Part shown: positions 22,901 through 36,699 of the stretch, piece by piece | How positions within the stretch are numbered: the first letter of the stretch is position 1 | How the letters are laid out: every line of letters starts with the position of its first letter | Assembly: GCA_964016885.1 (NCBI GenBank) | Contig: OZ024743.1 | Location: 95,976,001-96,040,000, forward strand | Reading direction: 5' to 3' | Length of the DNA: 64,000 bases | Source: Eledone cirrhosa | Lineage: Eukaryota | Position numbers and translations under genes: made by a program | Notes under the pieces: generated by a model | What the model was told of the DNA's origin: nothing | Databases searched by the model: none | What the model saw: the letters and a program-made list of their open reading frames with translations, nothing else

Positions 22901-24699
22901 AGAGAAGGAAGGAATAGAAAGGCGTAGGAAGAGATAGAGAAGGAAGGAATAGAAAGGCGTAGGAAGAGATAGAGAAGGAAGGAATAGAAAGGCGTAGGAA
23001 GAGATAGAGAAGCAAGGAATGGAAAGGCTTAGGAAGAGATAGAGAAGGAAGGAATAGAAAGGCGTAGGAAGAGATAGAGAAGGAAGGAATGGAAAGGTGT
23101 AGGAAGAGATAGAGAAGGAAGGAATAGAAAGGTGTAGGAAGAGATAGAGAAGGAAGGAATGGAAAGGCTTAGGAAGAGATAGAGAAGGAAGGAATAGAAA
23201 GGTGTAGGAAGAGATAGAGAAGGAAGGAATGGAAAGGCGTAGGAAGAGATAGAGAAGGAGGAATAGAAAGGCGTAGGAAGAGATAGTGAAGGACTGAATG
23301 GAAAGGTGTAGGAAGAGTTAGAGAAGGAAGGAATGGAAAGGCGTAGGAAAAGATAGAGAAGGAAGGAATAGAAAGGCGTAGGAAGAGATAGAGAAGGAAG
23401 TAATAGAAAGGCGTAGGAAGAGATAGAGAAGGAAAGAATAGAACAGCGTAGGAAGAGATAGAGAAGGAAGGAATAGAAAGGCGTAGGAAGAGATAGAGAA
23501 GGAAGGAATAGAAATGTGTAGGAAGAGATAGAGAAGGAAGGAATGGAAAGGCGTAGGAAGAGATAGAAAAGGAAGGAATGGAAAGGTGTAGGAAGAGATA
23601 GAGAAGGAAGGAATGGAAAGGCGTAGGAAGAGATAGAAAAGGAAGGAATGGAAAGGCTTAGGAAGAGATAGAGAAGGAAGGAATAGAAAGGTGTAGGAAG
23701 AGATAGAGAAGGAAGGTATAGAAAGGCGTAGGAAGAGATAGAGAAGGAAGGAATAGAAAGGCGTAGGAAGAGATAGAAAAGGAAGGAATAGAAAGGTGTA
23801 GGAAGAGATAGAGAAGGAAGGTATAGAAAGGCGTAGGAAGAGATAGAGAAGGAAGGAATAGAAAGGCGTAGGAAGAGATAGAGAAGGAGGAATAGAAAGG
23901 CGTAGGAAGAGATAGAGAAGGAGGAATAGAAAGGCGTAGGAAGAGATAGAGAAGGAAGGAATAGAAAGGTGTAGGAAGAAATAGAGAAGGAATGAATGGA
24001 AAGGCGTAGGAAGAGATAGAGAATGAAGGAATGGAAAGGCGTAGGAAGAGATAGAGAAGGAGGAATAGAAAGGCGTAGGAAGAGATAGAGAAGGAAGGAA
24101 TGGAAAGGTATAGGAAGAGTTAGAGAAGGAAGGAATGGAAAGGCGTAGGAAAAGATAGAGAAGGAAGGAATAGAAAGGCGTAGGAAGAGATAGAGAAGGA
24201 AGTAATAGAAAGGCGTAGGAAGAAATAGAGAAGGAAAGAATAGAACAGCGTAGTAAGAGATAGATCAGGAAGGAATAGAAAGGCGTAGGAAGAGATAGAG
24301 AAGGAAGGAATAGAAAGGTGTAGGAAGAGATAGAGAAGGAAGGAATGGAAAGGCGTAGGAAGAGATAGAAAAGGAAGGAATGGAAAGGTGTAGGAAGAGA
24401 TAGAGAAGGAAGGAATGGAAAGGCTTAGGAAGAGATAGAGAAGGAAGGAATAGAAAGGTGTAGGAAGAGATAGAGAAGGAAGGTATAGAAAGGCGTAGGA
24501 AGAGATAGAGAAGGAGGAATAGAAAGGCGTAGGAAGAGATAGAGAAGGAGGAATAGAAAGGCGTAGGAAGAGATAGAGAAGGAAGGAATGGAAAGGCGTG
24601 GGAAGAGAGAGAGAAGGAAGGAATGGAAAGGCGTAGGAAGAGATAGAGAAGGAAGGTATAGAAAGGCGTAGGAAGAGATAGAGAAGGAAGGAATAGAAA

Positions 24700-27600
24700 G
24701 GCGTAGGAAGAGATAGAGAAGGAGGAATAGAAAGGCGTAGGAAGAGATAGAGAAGGAAGGAATAGAAAGGCGTAGGAAGAGATAGAGAAGGAAGTAATAG
24801 AACTGCCTAGGAAGAGATAGAGAAGGAAGGAATAGGAAAACGTAGGAAGAGATATAGAAGGAAGGAATGGAAAGGCATAGGAAGAGATAGAGAAGGAAGG
24901 AATAGAAAGGCGTAGGAAGAGATAGAGAAGCAAGGAATGGAAAGGCGTAGGAAGAGATTGAGAAGGAAGGAATGGAAAGGCATAGGAAGAGATAGAGAAG
25001 GAAGGAATGGAAAGGCGTAGGAAGTGATAGAGAAGGAAGGAATAGAAAGGCGTAGGAAGAGATATAGAAGGAATGAATGAAAGGCGTAGGAAGAGATAGA
25101 GAAGGAAGGAATAGAAAGGCGTAGGAAGAGATAGAGAAGCAAGGAATGGAAAGGCATAGGAAGAGATAGAGAAGGAAGGAATGGAAAGGCATAGGAAGAG
25201 ATAGAGAAGGAAGGAATGGAAAGGCTTAGGAAGAGATAGAGAAGGAAGGAATAGAAAGGTGTAGGAAGAGATGGAGAAGGAGGAATAGAAAGGCGTAGGA
25301 AGAGATAGTGAAGGAAGGAATGGAAAGGTGTAGGAAGAGTTAGAGAAGGAAGGAATGGAAAGGCGTAGGAAAAGATAGAGAAGGAAGGAATAGAAAGGCG
25401 TAGGAAGAGATAGAGAAGGAAGTAATAGAAAGGCGTAGGAAGAGATAGAGAAGGAAAGAATAGAACAGCGTAGGAAGAGATAGAGAAGGAAGGAATAGAA
25501 AGGCGTAGGAAGAGATAGAGAAGGAAGGAATAGAAATGTGTAGGAAGAGATAGAGAAGGAAGGAATGGAAAGGCGTAGGAAGAGATAGAAAAGGAAGGAA
25601 TGGAAAGGTGTAGGAAGAGATAGAGAAGGAAGGAATGGAAAGGCGTAGGAAGAGATAGAAAAGGAAGGAATGGAAAGGCTGAGGAAGAGATAGAGAAGGA
25701 GGAATAGAAAGGCGTAGGAAGAGATAGAGAAGGAGGAATAGAAAGGCGTAGGAAGAGATAGAGAAGGAAGGAATAGAAAGGTGTAGGAAGAAATAGAGAA
25801 GGAATGAATGGAAAGGCGTAGGAAGATATAGAGAAGGAAGGAATGGAAAGGCGTAGGAAGAGATAGAGAAGGAGGAATAGAAAGGCGTAGGAAGAGATAG
25901 AGAAGGAAGGAATGGAAAGGTATAGGAAGAGTTAGAGAAGGAAGGAATGGAAAGGCGTAGGAAAAGATAGAGAAGGAAGGAATAGAAAGGCGTAGGAAGA
26001 GATAGAGAAGGAAGTAATAGAAAGGCGTAGGAAGAGATAGAGAAGGAAAGAATAGAACAGCGTAGGAAGAGTTAGAGAAGGAAGGAATAGAAAGGCGTAG
26101 GAAGAGATAGAGAAGGAAGGAATAGAAAGGTGTAGGAAGAGATAGAGAAGGAAGGAATGGAAAGGCGTAGGAAGAGATAGAAAAGGAAGGAATGGAAAGG
26201 TGTAGGAAGAGATAGAGAAGGAAGGAATGGAAAGGCTTAGGAAGAGATAGAGAAGGAAGGAATAGAAAGGTGTAGGAAGAGATAGAGAAGGAAGGTATAG
26301 AAAGGCGTAGGAAGAGATAGAGAAGGAAGGAATAGAAAGGCGTAGGAAGAGATAGAGAAGGAGGAATAGAAAGGCGTAGGAAGAGATAGAGAAGGAAGGA
26401 ATAGAAAGGCGTAGGAAGAGATAGAGAAGGAGGAATAGAAAGGCGTAGGAAGAGATAGAGAAGGAAGGAATAGAAAGGCGTAGGAAGAGATAGAGAAGGA
26501 AGTAATAGAACTGCCTAGGAAGAGATAGAGAAGGAAGGAATAGGAAAACGTAGGAAGAGATATAGAAGGAAGGAATGGAAAGGCATAGGAAGAGATAGAG
26601 AAGGAAGGAATAGAAAGGCGTAGGAAGAGATAGAGAAGCAAGGAATGGAAAGGCGTAGGAAGAGATTGAGAAGGAAGGAATGGAAAGGCATAGGAAGAGA
26701 TAGAGAAGGAAGGAATGGAAAGGCGTAGGAAGTGATAGAGAAGGAAGGAATAGAAAGGCGTAGGAAGAGATATAGAAGGAATGAATGAAAGGCGTAGGAA
26801 GAGATAGAGAAGGAAGGAATAGAAAGGCGTAGGAAGAGATAGAGAAGCAAGGAATGGAAAGGCATAGGAAGAGATAGAGAAGGAAGGAATGGAAAGGCAT
26901 AGGAAGAGATAGAGAAGGAAGGAATGGAAAGGCTTAGGAAGAGATAGAGAAGGAAGGAATAGAAAGGTGTAGGAAGAGATGGAGAAGGAGGAATAGAAAG
27001 GCGTAGGAAGAGATAGTGAAGGAAGGAATGGAAAGGTGTAGGAAGAGTTAGAGAAGGAAGGAATGGAAAGGCGTAGGAAAAGATAGAGAAGGAAGGAATA
27101 GAAAGGCGTAGGAAGAGATAGAGAAGGAAGTAATAGAAAGGCGTAGGAAGAGATAGAGAAGGAAAGAATAGAACAGCGTAGGAAGAGATAGAGAAGGAAG
27201 GAATAGAAAGGCGTAGGAAGAGATAGAGAAGGAAGGAATAGAAATGTGTAGGAAGAGATAGAGAAGGAAGGAATGGAAAGGCGTAGGAAGAGATAGAAAA
27301 GGAAGGAATGGAAAGGTGTAGGAAGAGATAGAGAAGGAAGGAATGGAAAGGCGTAGGAAGAGATAGAAAAGGAAGGAATGGAAAGGCTGAGGAAGAGATA
27401 GAGAAGGAGGAATAGAAAGGCGTAGGAAGAGATAGAGAAGGAGGAATAGAAAGGCGTAGGAAGAGATAGAGAAGGAAGGAATAGAAAGGTGTAGGAAGAA
27501 ATAGAGAAGGAATGAATGGAAAGGCGTAGGAAGATATAGAGAAGGAAGGAATGGAAAGGCGTAGGAAGAGATAGAGAAGGAGGAATAGAAAGGCGTAGGA

Positions 27601-28080
27601 AGAGATAGAGAAGGAAGGAATGGAAAGGTATAGGAAGAGTTAGAGAAGGAAGGAATGGAAAGGCGTAGGAAAAGATAGAGAAGGAAGGAATAGAAAGGCG
27701 TAGGAAGAGATAGAGAAGGAAGTAATAGAAAGGCGTAGGAAGAGATAGAGAAGGAAAGAATAGAACAGCGTAGGAAGAGTTAGAGAAGGAAGGAATAGAA
27801 AGGCGTAGGAAGAGATAGAGAAGGAAGGAATAGAAAGGTGTAGGAAGAGATAGAGAAGGAAGGAATGGAAAGGCGTAGGAAGAGATAGAAAAGGAAGGAA
27901 TGGAAAGGTGTAGGAAGAGATAGAGAAGGAAGGAATGGAAAGGCTTAGGAAGAGATAGAGAAGGAAGGAATAGAAAGGTGTAGGAAGAGATAGAGAAGGA
28001 AGGTATAGAAAGGCGTAGGAAGAGATAGAGAAGGAAGGAATAGAAAGGCGTAGGAAGAGATAGAGAAGGAGGAATAGAAA
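24700..28080. repeat. Tandem duplication with a 1708-bp period (49 monomers)
   Basis: Private variants GAATGAATGAAAGG (about 25071/26779), GATGGAGAAGG (about 25270/26978) and GGCTGAGG (about 25677/27385) are each paired. ORF twins 24807/26515, 25932/27640 and 26237/27945 all have offset 1708. Confidence 0.9.
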
Positions 28081-29049
28081 GGCGTAGGAAGAGATAGAGA
28101 AGGAGGAATAGAAAGGCGTAGGAAGAGATAGAGAAGGAAGGAATGGAAAGGCGTAGGAAGAGAGTGAGAAGGAAGGAATGGAAAGGCGTAGGAAGAGATA
28201 GAGAAGGAAGGTATAGAAAGGCGTAGGAAGAGATAGAGAAGGAAGGAATAGAAAGGCGTAGGAAGAGATAGAGAAGGAGGAATAGAAAGGCGTAGGAAGA
28301 GATAGAAAAGGAAGGAATAGAAAGGTGTAGGAAGAGATAGAGAAGGAAGGTATAGAAAGGCGTAGGAAGAGATAGAGAAGGAAGGAATAGAAAGGCGTAG
28401 GAAGAGATAGAGAAGGAGGAATAGAAAGGCGTAGGAAGAGATAGAGAAGGAGGAATAGAAAGGCGTAGGAAGAGATAGAGAAGGAAGGAATAGAAAGGTG
28501 TAGGAAGAAATAGAGAAGGAATGAATGGAAAGGCGTAGGAAGAGATAGAGAATGAAGGAATGGAAAGGCGTAGGAAGAGATAGAGAAGGAGGAATAGAAA
28601 GGCGTAGGAAGAGATAGAGAAGGAAGGAATGGAAAGGTATTGGAAGAGTTAGAGAAGGAAGGAATGGAAAGGCGTAGGAAAAGATAGAGAAGGAAGGAAT
28701 AGAAAGGCGTAGGAAGAGATAGAGAAGGAAGTAATAGAAAGGCGTAGGAAGAGATAGAGAAGGAAAGAATAGAACAGCGTAGGAAGAGATAGAGAAGGAA
28801 GGAATAGAAAGGCGTAGGAAGAGATAGAGAAGGAAGGAATAGAAAGGTGTAGGAAGAGATAGAAAAGGAAGGAATGGAAAGGTGTAGGAAGAGATATAGA
28901 AGGAATGAATGGAAAGGCATAGGAAGAGATAGAGAAGGAAGGAATAGAAAGGCGTAGGAAGAGATAGAGAAGCAAGGAATGGAAAGGCGTAGGAAGAGAT
29001 TGAGAAGGAAGGAATGGAAAGGCATAGGAAGAGATAGAGAAGGAAGGAA

Positions 29050-32000
29050 TGGAAAGGCGTAGGAAGTGATATAGAAGGAATGAATGGAAAGGCGTAGGAA
29101 GAGATAGAGAAGGAAGGAATAGAAAGGCGTAGGAAGAGATAGAGAAGCAAGGAATGGAAAGGCGTAGGAAGAGATAGAGAAGGAAGGAATGGAAAGGCAT
29201 AGGAAGAGATAGAGAAGGAAGGAATGGAAAGGCTTAGGAAGAGATAGAGAAGGAAGGAATAGAAAGGTGTAGGAAGAGATAGAGAAGGAGGAATAGAAAG
29301 GCGTAGGAAGAGATAGTGAAGGAAGGAATGGAAAGTTGTAGGAAGAGTTAGAGAAGGAAGGAATGGAAAGGCGTAGGAAAAGATAGAGAAGGAAGGAATA
29401 GAAAGGCGTAGGAAGAGATAGAGAAGGAAGTAATAGAAAGGCGTAGGAAGAGATAGAGAAGGAAAGAATAGAACAGCGTAGGAAGAGATAGAGAAGGAAG
29501 GAATAGAAATGTGTAGGAAGAGATAGAGAAGGAAGGAATGGAAAGGCGTAGGAAGAGATAGAAAAGGAAGGAATGGAAAGGTGTAGGAAGAGATAGAGAA
29601 GGAAGGAATGGAAAGGCGTAGGAAGAGATAGAAAAGGAAGGAATGGAAAGGCTTAGGAAGAGATAGAGAAGGAAGGAATAGAAAGGTGTAGGAAGAGATA
29701 GAGAAGGAAGGTATAGAAAGGCGTAGGAAGAGATAGAGAAGGAAGGAATAGAAAGGCGTAGGAAGAGATAGAAAAGGAAGGAATAGAAAGGTGTAGGAAG
29801 AGATAGAGAAGGAAGGTATAGAAAGGCGTAGGAAGAGATAGAAAAGGAAGGAATAGAAAGGCGTAGGAAGAGATAGAGAAGGAAGGAATAGAAAGGCGTA
29901 GGAAGAGATAGAGAAGGAGGAATAGAAAGGCGTAGGAAGAGATAGAGAAGGAAGGAATAGAAAGGTGTAGGAAGAAATAGAGAACGAATGAATGGAAAGG
30001 CGTAGGAAGAGATAGAGAAGGAAGGAATGGAAAGGCGTAGGAAGAGATAGAGAAGGAGGAATAGAAAGGCGTAGGAAGAGATAGAGAAGGAAGGAATGGA
30101 AAGGTATAGGAAGAGTTAGAGAAGGAAGGAATGGAAAGGCGTAGGAAAAGATAGAGAAGGAAGGAATAGAAAGGCGTAGGAAGAGATAGAGAAGGAAGTA
30201 ATAGAAAGGCGTAGGAAGAGATAGAGAAGGAAAGAATAGAACAGCGTAGGAAGAGATAGAGAAGGAAGGAATAGAAAGGCGTAGGAAGAGATAGAGAAGG
30301 AAGGAATAGAAAGGTGTAGGAAGAGATATAGAAGGAAGGAATGGAAAGGCGTAGGAAGAGATAGAAAAGGAAGGAATGGAAAGGTGTAGGAAGAGATAGA
30401 GAAGGAAGGAATGGAAAGGCTTAGGAAGAGATAGAGAAGGAAGGAATAGAAAGGTGTAGGAAGAGATAGAGAAGGAAGGTATAGAAAGGCGTAGGAAGAG
30501 ATAGAGAAGGAAGGAATAGAAAGGCGTAGGAAGAGATAGAGAAGGAGGAATAGAAAGGCGTAGGAAGAGATAGAGAAGGAAGGAATGGAAAGGCGTAGGA
30601 AGAGAGAGAGAAGGAAGGAATGGAAAGGCGTAGGAAGAGATAGAGAAGGAAGGTATAGAAAGGCGTAGGAAGAGATAGAGAAGGAAGGAATAGAAAGGCG
30701 TAGGAAGAGATAGAAAAGGAAGGAATGGAAAGGTGTAGGAAGAGATATAGAAGGAATGAATGGAAAGGCATAGGAAGAGATAGAGAAGGAAGGAATAGAA
30801 AGGCGTAGGAAGAGATAGAGAATGAAGGAATGGAAAGGCGTAGGAAGAGATAGAGAAGGAGGAATAGAAAGGCGTAGGAAGAGATAGAGAAGGAAGGAAT
30901 GGAAAGGTATAGGAAGAGTTAGAGAAGGAAGGAATGGAAAGGCGTAGGAAAAGATAGAGAAGGAAGGAATAGAAAGGCGTAGGAAGAGATAGAGAAGGAA
31001 GTAATAGAAAGGCGTAGGAAGAGATAGAGAAGGAAAGAATAGAACAGCGTAGGAAGAGATAGAGAAGGAAGGAATAGAAAGGCGTAGGAAGAGATAGAGA
31101 AGGAAGGAATAGAAAGGTGTAGGAAGAGATAGAAAAGGAAGGAATGGAAAGGTGTAGGAAGAGATATAGAAGGAATGAATGGAAAGGCATAGGAAGAGAT
31201 AGAGAAGGAAGGAATAGAAAGGCGTAGGAAGAGATAGAGAAGCAAGGAATGGAAAGGCGTAGGAAGAGATTGAGAAGGAAGGAATGGAAAGGCGTAGGAA
31301 GTGATAGAGAAGGAAGGAATAGAAAGGCGTAGGAAGAGATATAGAAGGAATGAATGGAAAGGCGTAGGAAGAGATAGAGAAGGAAGGAATAGAAAGGCGT
31401 AGGAAGAGATAGAGAAGCAAGGAATGGAAAGGCGTAGGAAGAGATAGAGAAGGAAGGAATGGAAAGGCATAGGAAGAGATAGAGAAGGAAGGAATGGAAA
31501 GGCTTAGGAAGAGATAGAGAAGGAAGGAATAGAAAGGTGTAGGAAGAGATAGAGAAGGAGGAATAGAAAGGCGTAGGAAGAGATAGTGAAGGAAGGAATG
31601 GAAAGTTGTAGGAAGAGTTAGAGAAGGAAGGAATGGAAAGGCGTAGGAAAAGATAGAGAAGGAAGGAATAGAAAGGCGTAGGAAGAGATAGAGAAGGAAG
31701 TAATAGAAAGGCGTAGGAAGAGATAGAGAAGGAAAGAATAGAACAGCGTAGGAAGAGATAGAGAAGGAAGGAATAGAAAGGCGTAGGAAGAGATAGAGAA
31801 GGAAGGAATAGAAATGTGTAGGAAGAGATAGAGAAGGAAGGAATGGAAAGGCGGAGGAAGAGATAGAAAAGGAAGGAATGGAAAGGTGTAGGAAGAGATA
31901 GAGAAGGAAGGAATGGAAAGGCTTAGGAAGAGATAGAGAAGGAAGGAATAGAAAGGTGTAGGAAGAGATAGAGAAGGAAGGTATAGAAAGGCGTAGGAAG

Positions 32001-35000
32001 AGATAGAGAAGGAAGGAATAGAAAGGCGTAGGAAGAGATAGAGAAGGAGGAATAGAAAGGCGTAGGAAGAGATAGAGAAGGAAGGAATGGAAAGGCGTAG
32101 GAAGAGAGAGAGAAGGAAGTAATAGAAAGGCGTAGGAAGAGATAGAGAAGGAAAGAATAGAACAGCGTAGGAAGAGATAGAGAAGGAAGGAATAGAAAGG
32201 CGTAGGAAGAGATAGAGAAGGAAGGAATAGAAAGGTGTAGGAAGAGATAGAGAAGGAAGGAATGGAAAGGCGTAGGAAGAGATAGAAAAGGAAGGAATGG
32301 AAAGGTGTAGGAAGAGATATAGAAGGAATGAATGGAAAGGCATAGGAAGAGATAGAGAAGGAAGGAATAGAAAGGCGTAGGAAGAGATAGAGAAGCAAGG
32401 AATGGAAAGGCGTAGGAAGAGATATAGAAGGAATGAATGGAAAGGCATAGGAAGAGATATAGAAGGAATGAATGGAAAGGCGTAGGAAGAGATAGAGAAG
32501 GAAGGAATAGAAAGGCGTAGGAAGAGATAGAGAAGCAAGGAATGGAAAGGCGTAGGAAGAGATAGAGAAGGAAGGAATGGAAAGGCATAGGAAGAGATAG
32601 AGAAGGAAGGAATGGAAAGGCTTAGGAAGAGATAGAGAAGGAAGGAATAGAAAGGTGTAGGAAGAGATAGAGAAGGAGGAATAGAAAGGCGTAGGAAGAG
32701 ATAGTGAAGGAAGGAATGGAAAGTTGTAGGAAGAGTTAGAGAAGGAAGGAATGGAAAGGCGTAGGAAAAGATAGAGAAGGAAGGAATAGAAAGGCGTAGG
32801 AAGAGATAGAGAAGGAAGTAATAGAAAGGCGTAGGAAGAGATAGAGAAGGAAAGAATAGAACAGCGTAGGAAGAGATAGAGAAGGAAGGAATAGAAAGGC
32901 GTAGGAAGAGATAGAGAAGGAAGGAATAGAAATGTGTAGGAAGAGATAGAGAAGGAAGGAATGGAAAGGCGTAGGAAGAGATAGAAAAGGAAGGAATGGA
33001 AAGGTGTAGGAAGAGATAGAGAAGGAAGGAATGGAAAGGCGTAGGAAGAGATAGAAAAGGAAGGAATGGAAAGGCTTAGGAAGAGATAGAGAAGGAAGGA
33101 ATAGAAAGGTGTAGGAAGAGATAGAGAAGGAAGGTATAGAAAGGCGTAGGAAGAGATAGAGAAGGAAGGAATAGAAAGGCGTAGGAAGAGATAGAAAAGG
33201 AAGGAATAGAAAGGTGTAGGAAGAGATAGAGAAGGAAGGTATAGAAAGGCGTAGGAAGAGATAGAAAAGGAAGGAATAGAAAGGCGTAGGAAGAGATAGA
33301 GAAGGAAGGAATAGAAAGGCGTAGGAAGAGATAGAGAAGGAGGAATAGAAAGGCGTAGGAAGAGATAGAGAAGGAAGGAATAGAAAGGTGTAGGAAGAAA
33401 TAGAGAACGAATGAATGGAAAGGCGTAGGAAGAGATAGAGAAGGAAGGAATGGAAAGGCGTAGGAAGAGATAGAGAAGGAGGAATAGAAAGGCGTAGGAA
33501 GAGATAGAGAAGGAAGGAATGGAAAGGTATAGGAAGAGTTAGAGAAGGAAGGAATGGAAAGGCGTAGGAAAAGATAGAGAAGGAAGGAATAGAAAGGCGT
33601 AGGAAGAGATAGAGAAGGAAGTAATAGAAAGGCGTAGGAAGAGATAGAGAAGGAAAGAATAGAACAGCGTAGGAAGAGATAGAGAAGGAAGGAATAGAAA
33701 GGCGTAGGAAGAGATAGAGAAGGAAGGAATAGAAAGGTGTAGGAAGAGATATAGAAGGAAGGAATGGAAAGGCGTAGGAAGAGATAGAAAAGGAAGGAAT
33801 GGAAAGGTGTAGGAAGAGATAGAGAAGGAAGGAATGGAAAGGCTTAGGAAGAGATAGAGAAGGAAGGAATAGAAAGGTGTAGGAAGAGATAGAGAAGGAA
33901 GGTATAGAAAGGCGTAGGAAGAGATAGAGAAGGAAGGAATAGAAAGGCGTAGGAAGAGATAGAGAAGGAGGAATAGAAAGGCGTAGGAAGAGATAGAGAA
34001 GGAAGGAATGGAAAGGCGTAGGAAGAGAGAGAGAAGGAAGGAATGGAAAGGCGTAGGAAGAGATAGAGAAGGAAGGTATAGAAAGGCGTAGGAAGAGATA
34101 GAGAAGGAAGGAATAGAAAGGCGTAGGAAGAGATAGAAAAGGAAGGAATGGAAAGGTGTAGGAATAGATATAGAAGGAATGAATGGAAAGGCATAGGAAG
34201 AGATAGAGAAGGAAGGAATAGAAAGGCGTAGGAAGAGATAGAGAATGAAGGAATGGAAAGGCGTAGGAAGAGATAGAGAAGGAGGAATAGAAAGGCGTAG
34301 GAAGAGATAGAGAAGGAAGGAATGGAAAGGTATAGGAAGAGTTAGAGAAGGAAGGAATGGAAAGGCGTAGGAAAAGATAGAGAAGGAAGGAATAGAAAGG
34401 CGTAGGAAGAGATAGAGAAGGAAGTAATAGAAAGGCGTAGGAAGAGATAGAGAAGGAAAGAATAGAACAGCGTAGGAAGAGATAGAGAAGGAAGGAATAG
34501 AAAGGCGTAGGAAGAGATAGAGAAGGAAGGAATAGAAAGGTGTAGGAAGAGATAGAGAAGGAAGGAATGGAAAGGCGTAGGAAGAGATAGAAAAGGAAGG
34601 AATGGAAAGGTGTAGGAAGAGATATAGAAGGAATGAATGGAAAGGCATAGGAAGAGATAGAGAAGGAAGGAATAGAAAGGCGTAGGAAGAGATAGAGAAG
34701 CAAGGAATGGAAAGGCGTAGGAAGAGATTGAGAAGGAAGGAATGGAAAGGCGTAGGAAGTGATAGAGAAGGAAGGAATAGAAAGGCGTAGGAAGAGATAT
34801 AGAAGGAATGAATGGAAAGGCGTAGGAAGAGATAGAGAAGGAAGGAATAGAAAGGCGTAGGAAGAGATAGAGAAGCAAGGAATGGAAAGGCGTAGGAAGA
34901 GATAGAGAAGGAAGGAATGGAAAGGCATAGGAAGAGATAGAGAAGGAAGGAATGGAAAGGCTTAGGAAGAGATAGAGAAGGAAGGAATAGAAAGGTGTAG

Positions 35001-35900
35001 GAAGAGATAGAGAAGGAGGAATAGAAAGGCGTAGGAAGAGATAGTGAAGGAAGGAATGGAAAGTTGTAGGAAGAGTTAGAGAAGGAAGGAATGGAAAGGC
35101 GTAGGAAAAGATAGAGAAGGAAGGAATAGAAAGGCGTAGGAAGAGATAGAGAAGGAAGTAATAGAAAGGCGTAGGAAGAGATAGAGAAGGAAAGAATAGA
35201 ACAGCGTAGGAAGAGATAGAGAAGGAAGGAATAGAAAGGCGTAGGAAGAGATAGAGAAGGAAGGAATAGAAATGTGTAGGAAGAGATAGAGAAGGAAGGA
35301 ATGGAAAGGCGGAGGAAGAGATAGAAAAGGAAGGAATGGAAAGGTGTAGGAAGAGATAGAGAAGGAAGGAATGGAAAGGCGTAGGAAGAGATAGAAAAGG
35401 AAGGAATGGAAAGGCTTAGGAAGAGATAGAGAAGGAAGGAATAGAAAGGTGTAGGAAGAGATAGAGAAGGAAGGTATAGAAAGGCGTAGGAAGAGATAGA
35501 GAAGGAAGGAATAGAAAGGCGTAGGAAGAGATAGAAAAGGAAGGAATAGAAAGGTGTAGGAAGAGATAGAGAAGGAAGGTATAGAAAGGCGTAGGAAGAG
35601 ATAGAAAAGGAAGGAATAGAAAGGCGTAGGAAGAGATAGAGAAGGAAGGAATAGAAAGGCGTAGGAAGAGATAGAGAAGGAGGAATAGAAAGGCGTAGGA
35701 AGAGATAGAGAAGGAAGGAATAGAAAGGTGTAGGAAGAAATAGAGAAGGAATGAATGGAAAGGCGTAGGAAGAGATAGAGAAGGAAGAAATGGAAAGGCG
35801 TAGGAAGAGATAGAGAAGGAGGAATAGAAAGGCGTAGGAAGAGATAGAGAAGGAAGGAATGGAAAGGTATAGGAAGAGTTAGAGAAGGAAGGAATGGAAA
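29050..35900. repeat. Tandem duplication with a period of about 3.4 kb (3423 bp, plus or minus one monomer), lacking the CTGCCT monomer
   Basis: The C of GAGAACGAATG is at 29985 and 33408. GAAAGTTGT is at 29331, 31601, 32719 and 35059. ORF twins are 30116/33539, 30421/33844 and 30919/34342. Confidence 0.85.
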
Positions 35901-36699
35901 GGCGTAGGAAAAGATAGAGAAGGAAGGAATAGAAAGGCCTAGGAAGAGATAGAGAAGGAAGTAATAGAAAGGCGTAGGAAGAGATAGAGAAGGAAAGAAG
36001 AGAACAGCGTAGGAAGAGATAGAGAAGGAAGGAATAGAAAGGCGTAGGAAGAGATAGAGAAGGAAGGAATAGAAAGGTGTAGGAAGAGATAGAGAAGGAA
36101 GGAATAGAAAGGCGTAGGAAGAGATAGAGAAGGAAGGAATAGAAAGGCGTAGGAAGAGATAGAGAAGGAAGGAATAGAAAGGTGTAGGAAGAGATAGAGA
36201 AGGAAGGAATAGAAAGGCGTAGGAAGAGATAGAGAAGGAAGGAATGGAAAGGCGTAGGAAGTGATAGAAAAGGAAGGAATGGAAAGGTGTAGGAAGAGAT
36301 AGAGAAGGAAGGAATGGAAAGGCTTAGGAAGAGATAGAGAAGGAAGGAATAGAAAGGTGTAGGAAGAGATAGAGAAGGAAGGTATAGAAAGGCGTAGGAA
36401 GAGATAGAGAAGGAAGGAATAGAAAGGCGTAGGAATATATAGAGAAGGAGGAATAGAAAGGCGTAGGAAGAGATAGAGAAGGAGGAATAGAAAGGCGTAG
36501 GAAGAGATAGAGAAGGAAGGAATGGAAAGGCGTAGGAAGAGAGAGAGAAGGAAGGAATGGAAAGGCGTAGGAAGAGATAGAGAAGGAAGGTATAGAAAGG
36601 CGTAGGAAGAGATAGAGAAGGAAGGAATAGAAAGGCGTAGGAATAGATAGAGAAGGAGGAATAGAAAGGCGTAGGAAGAGATAGAGAAGGAAGGAATAG

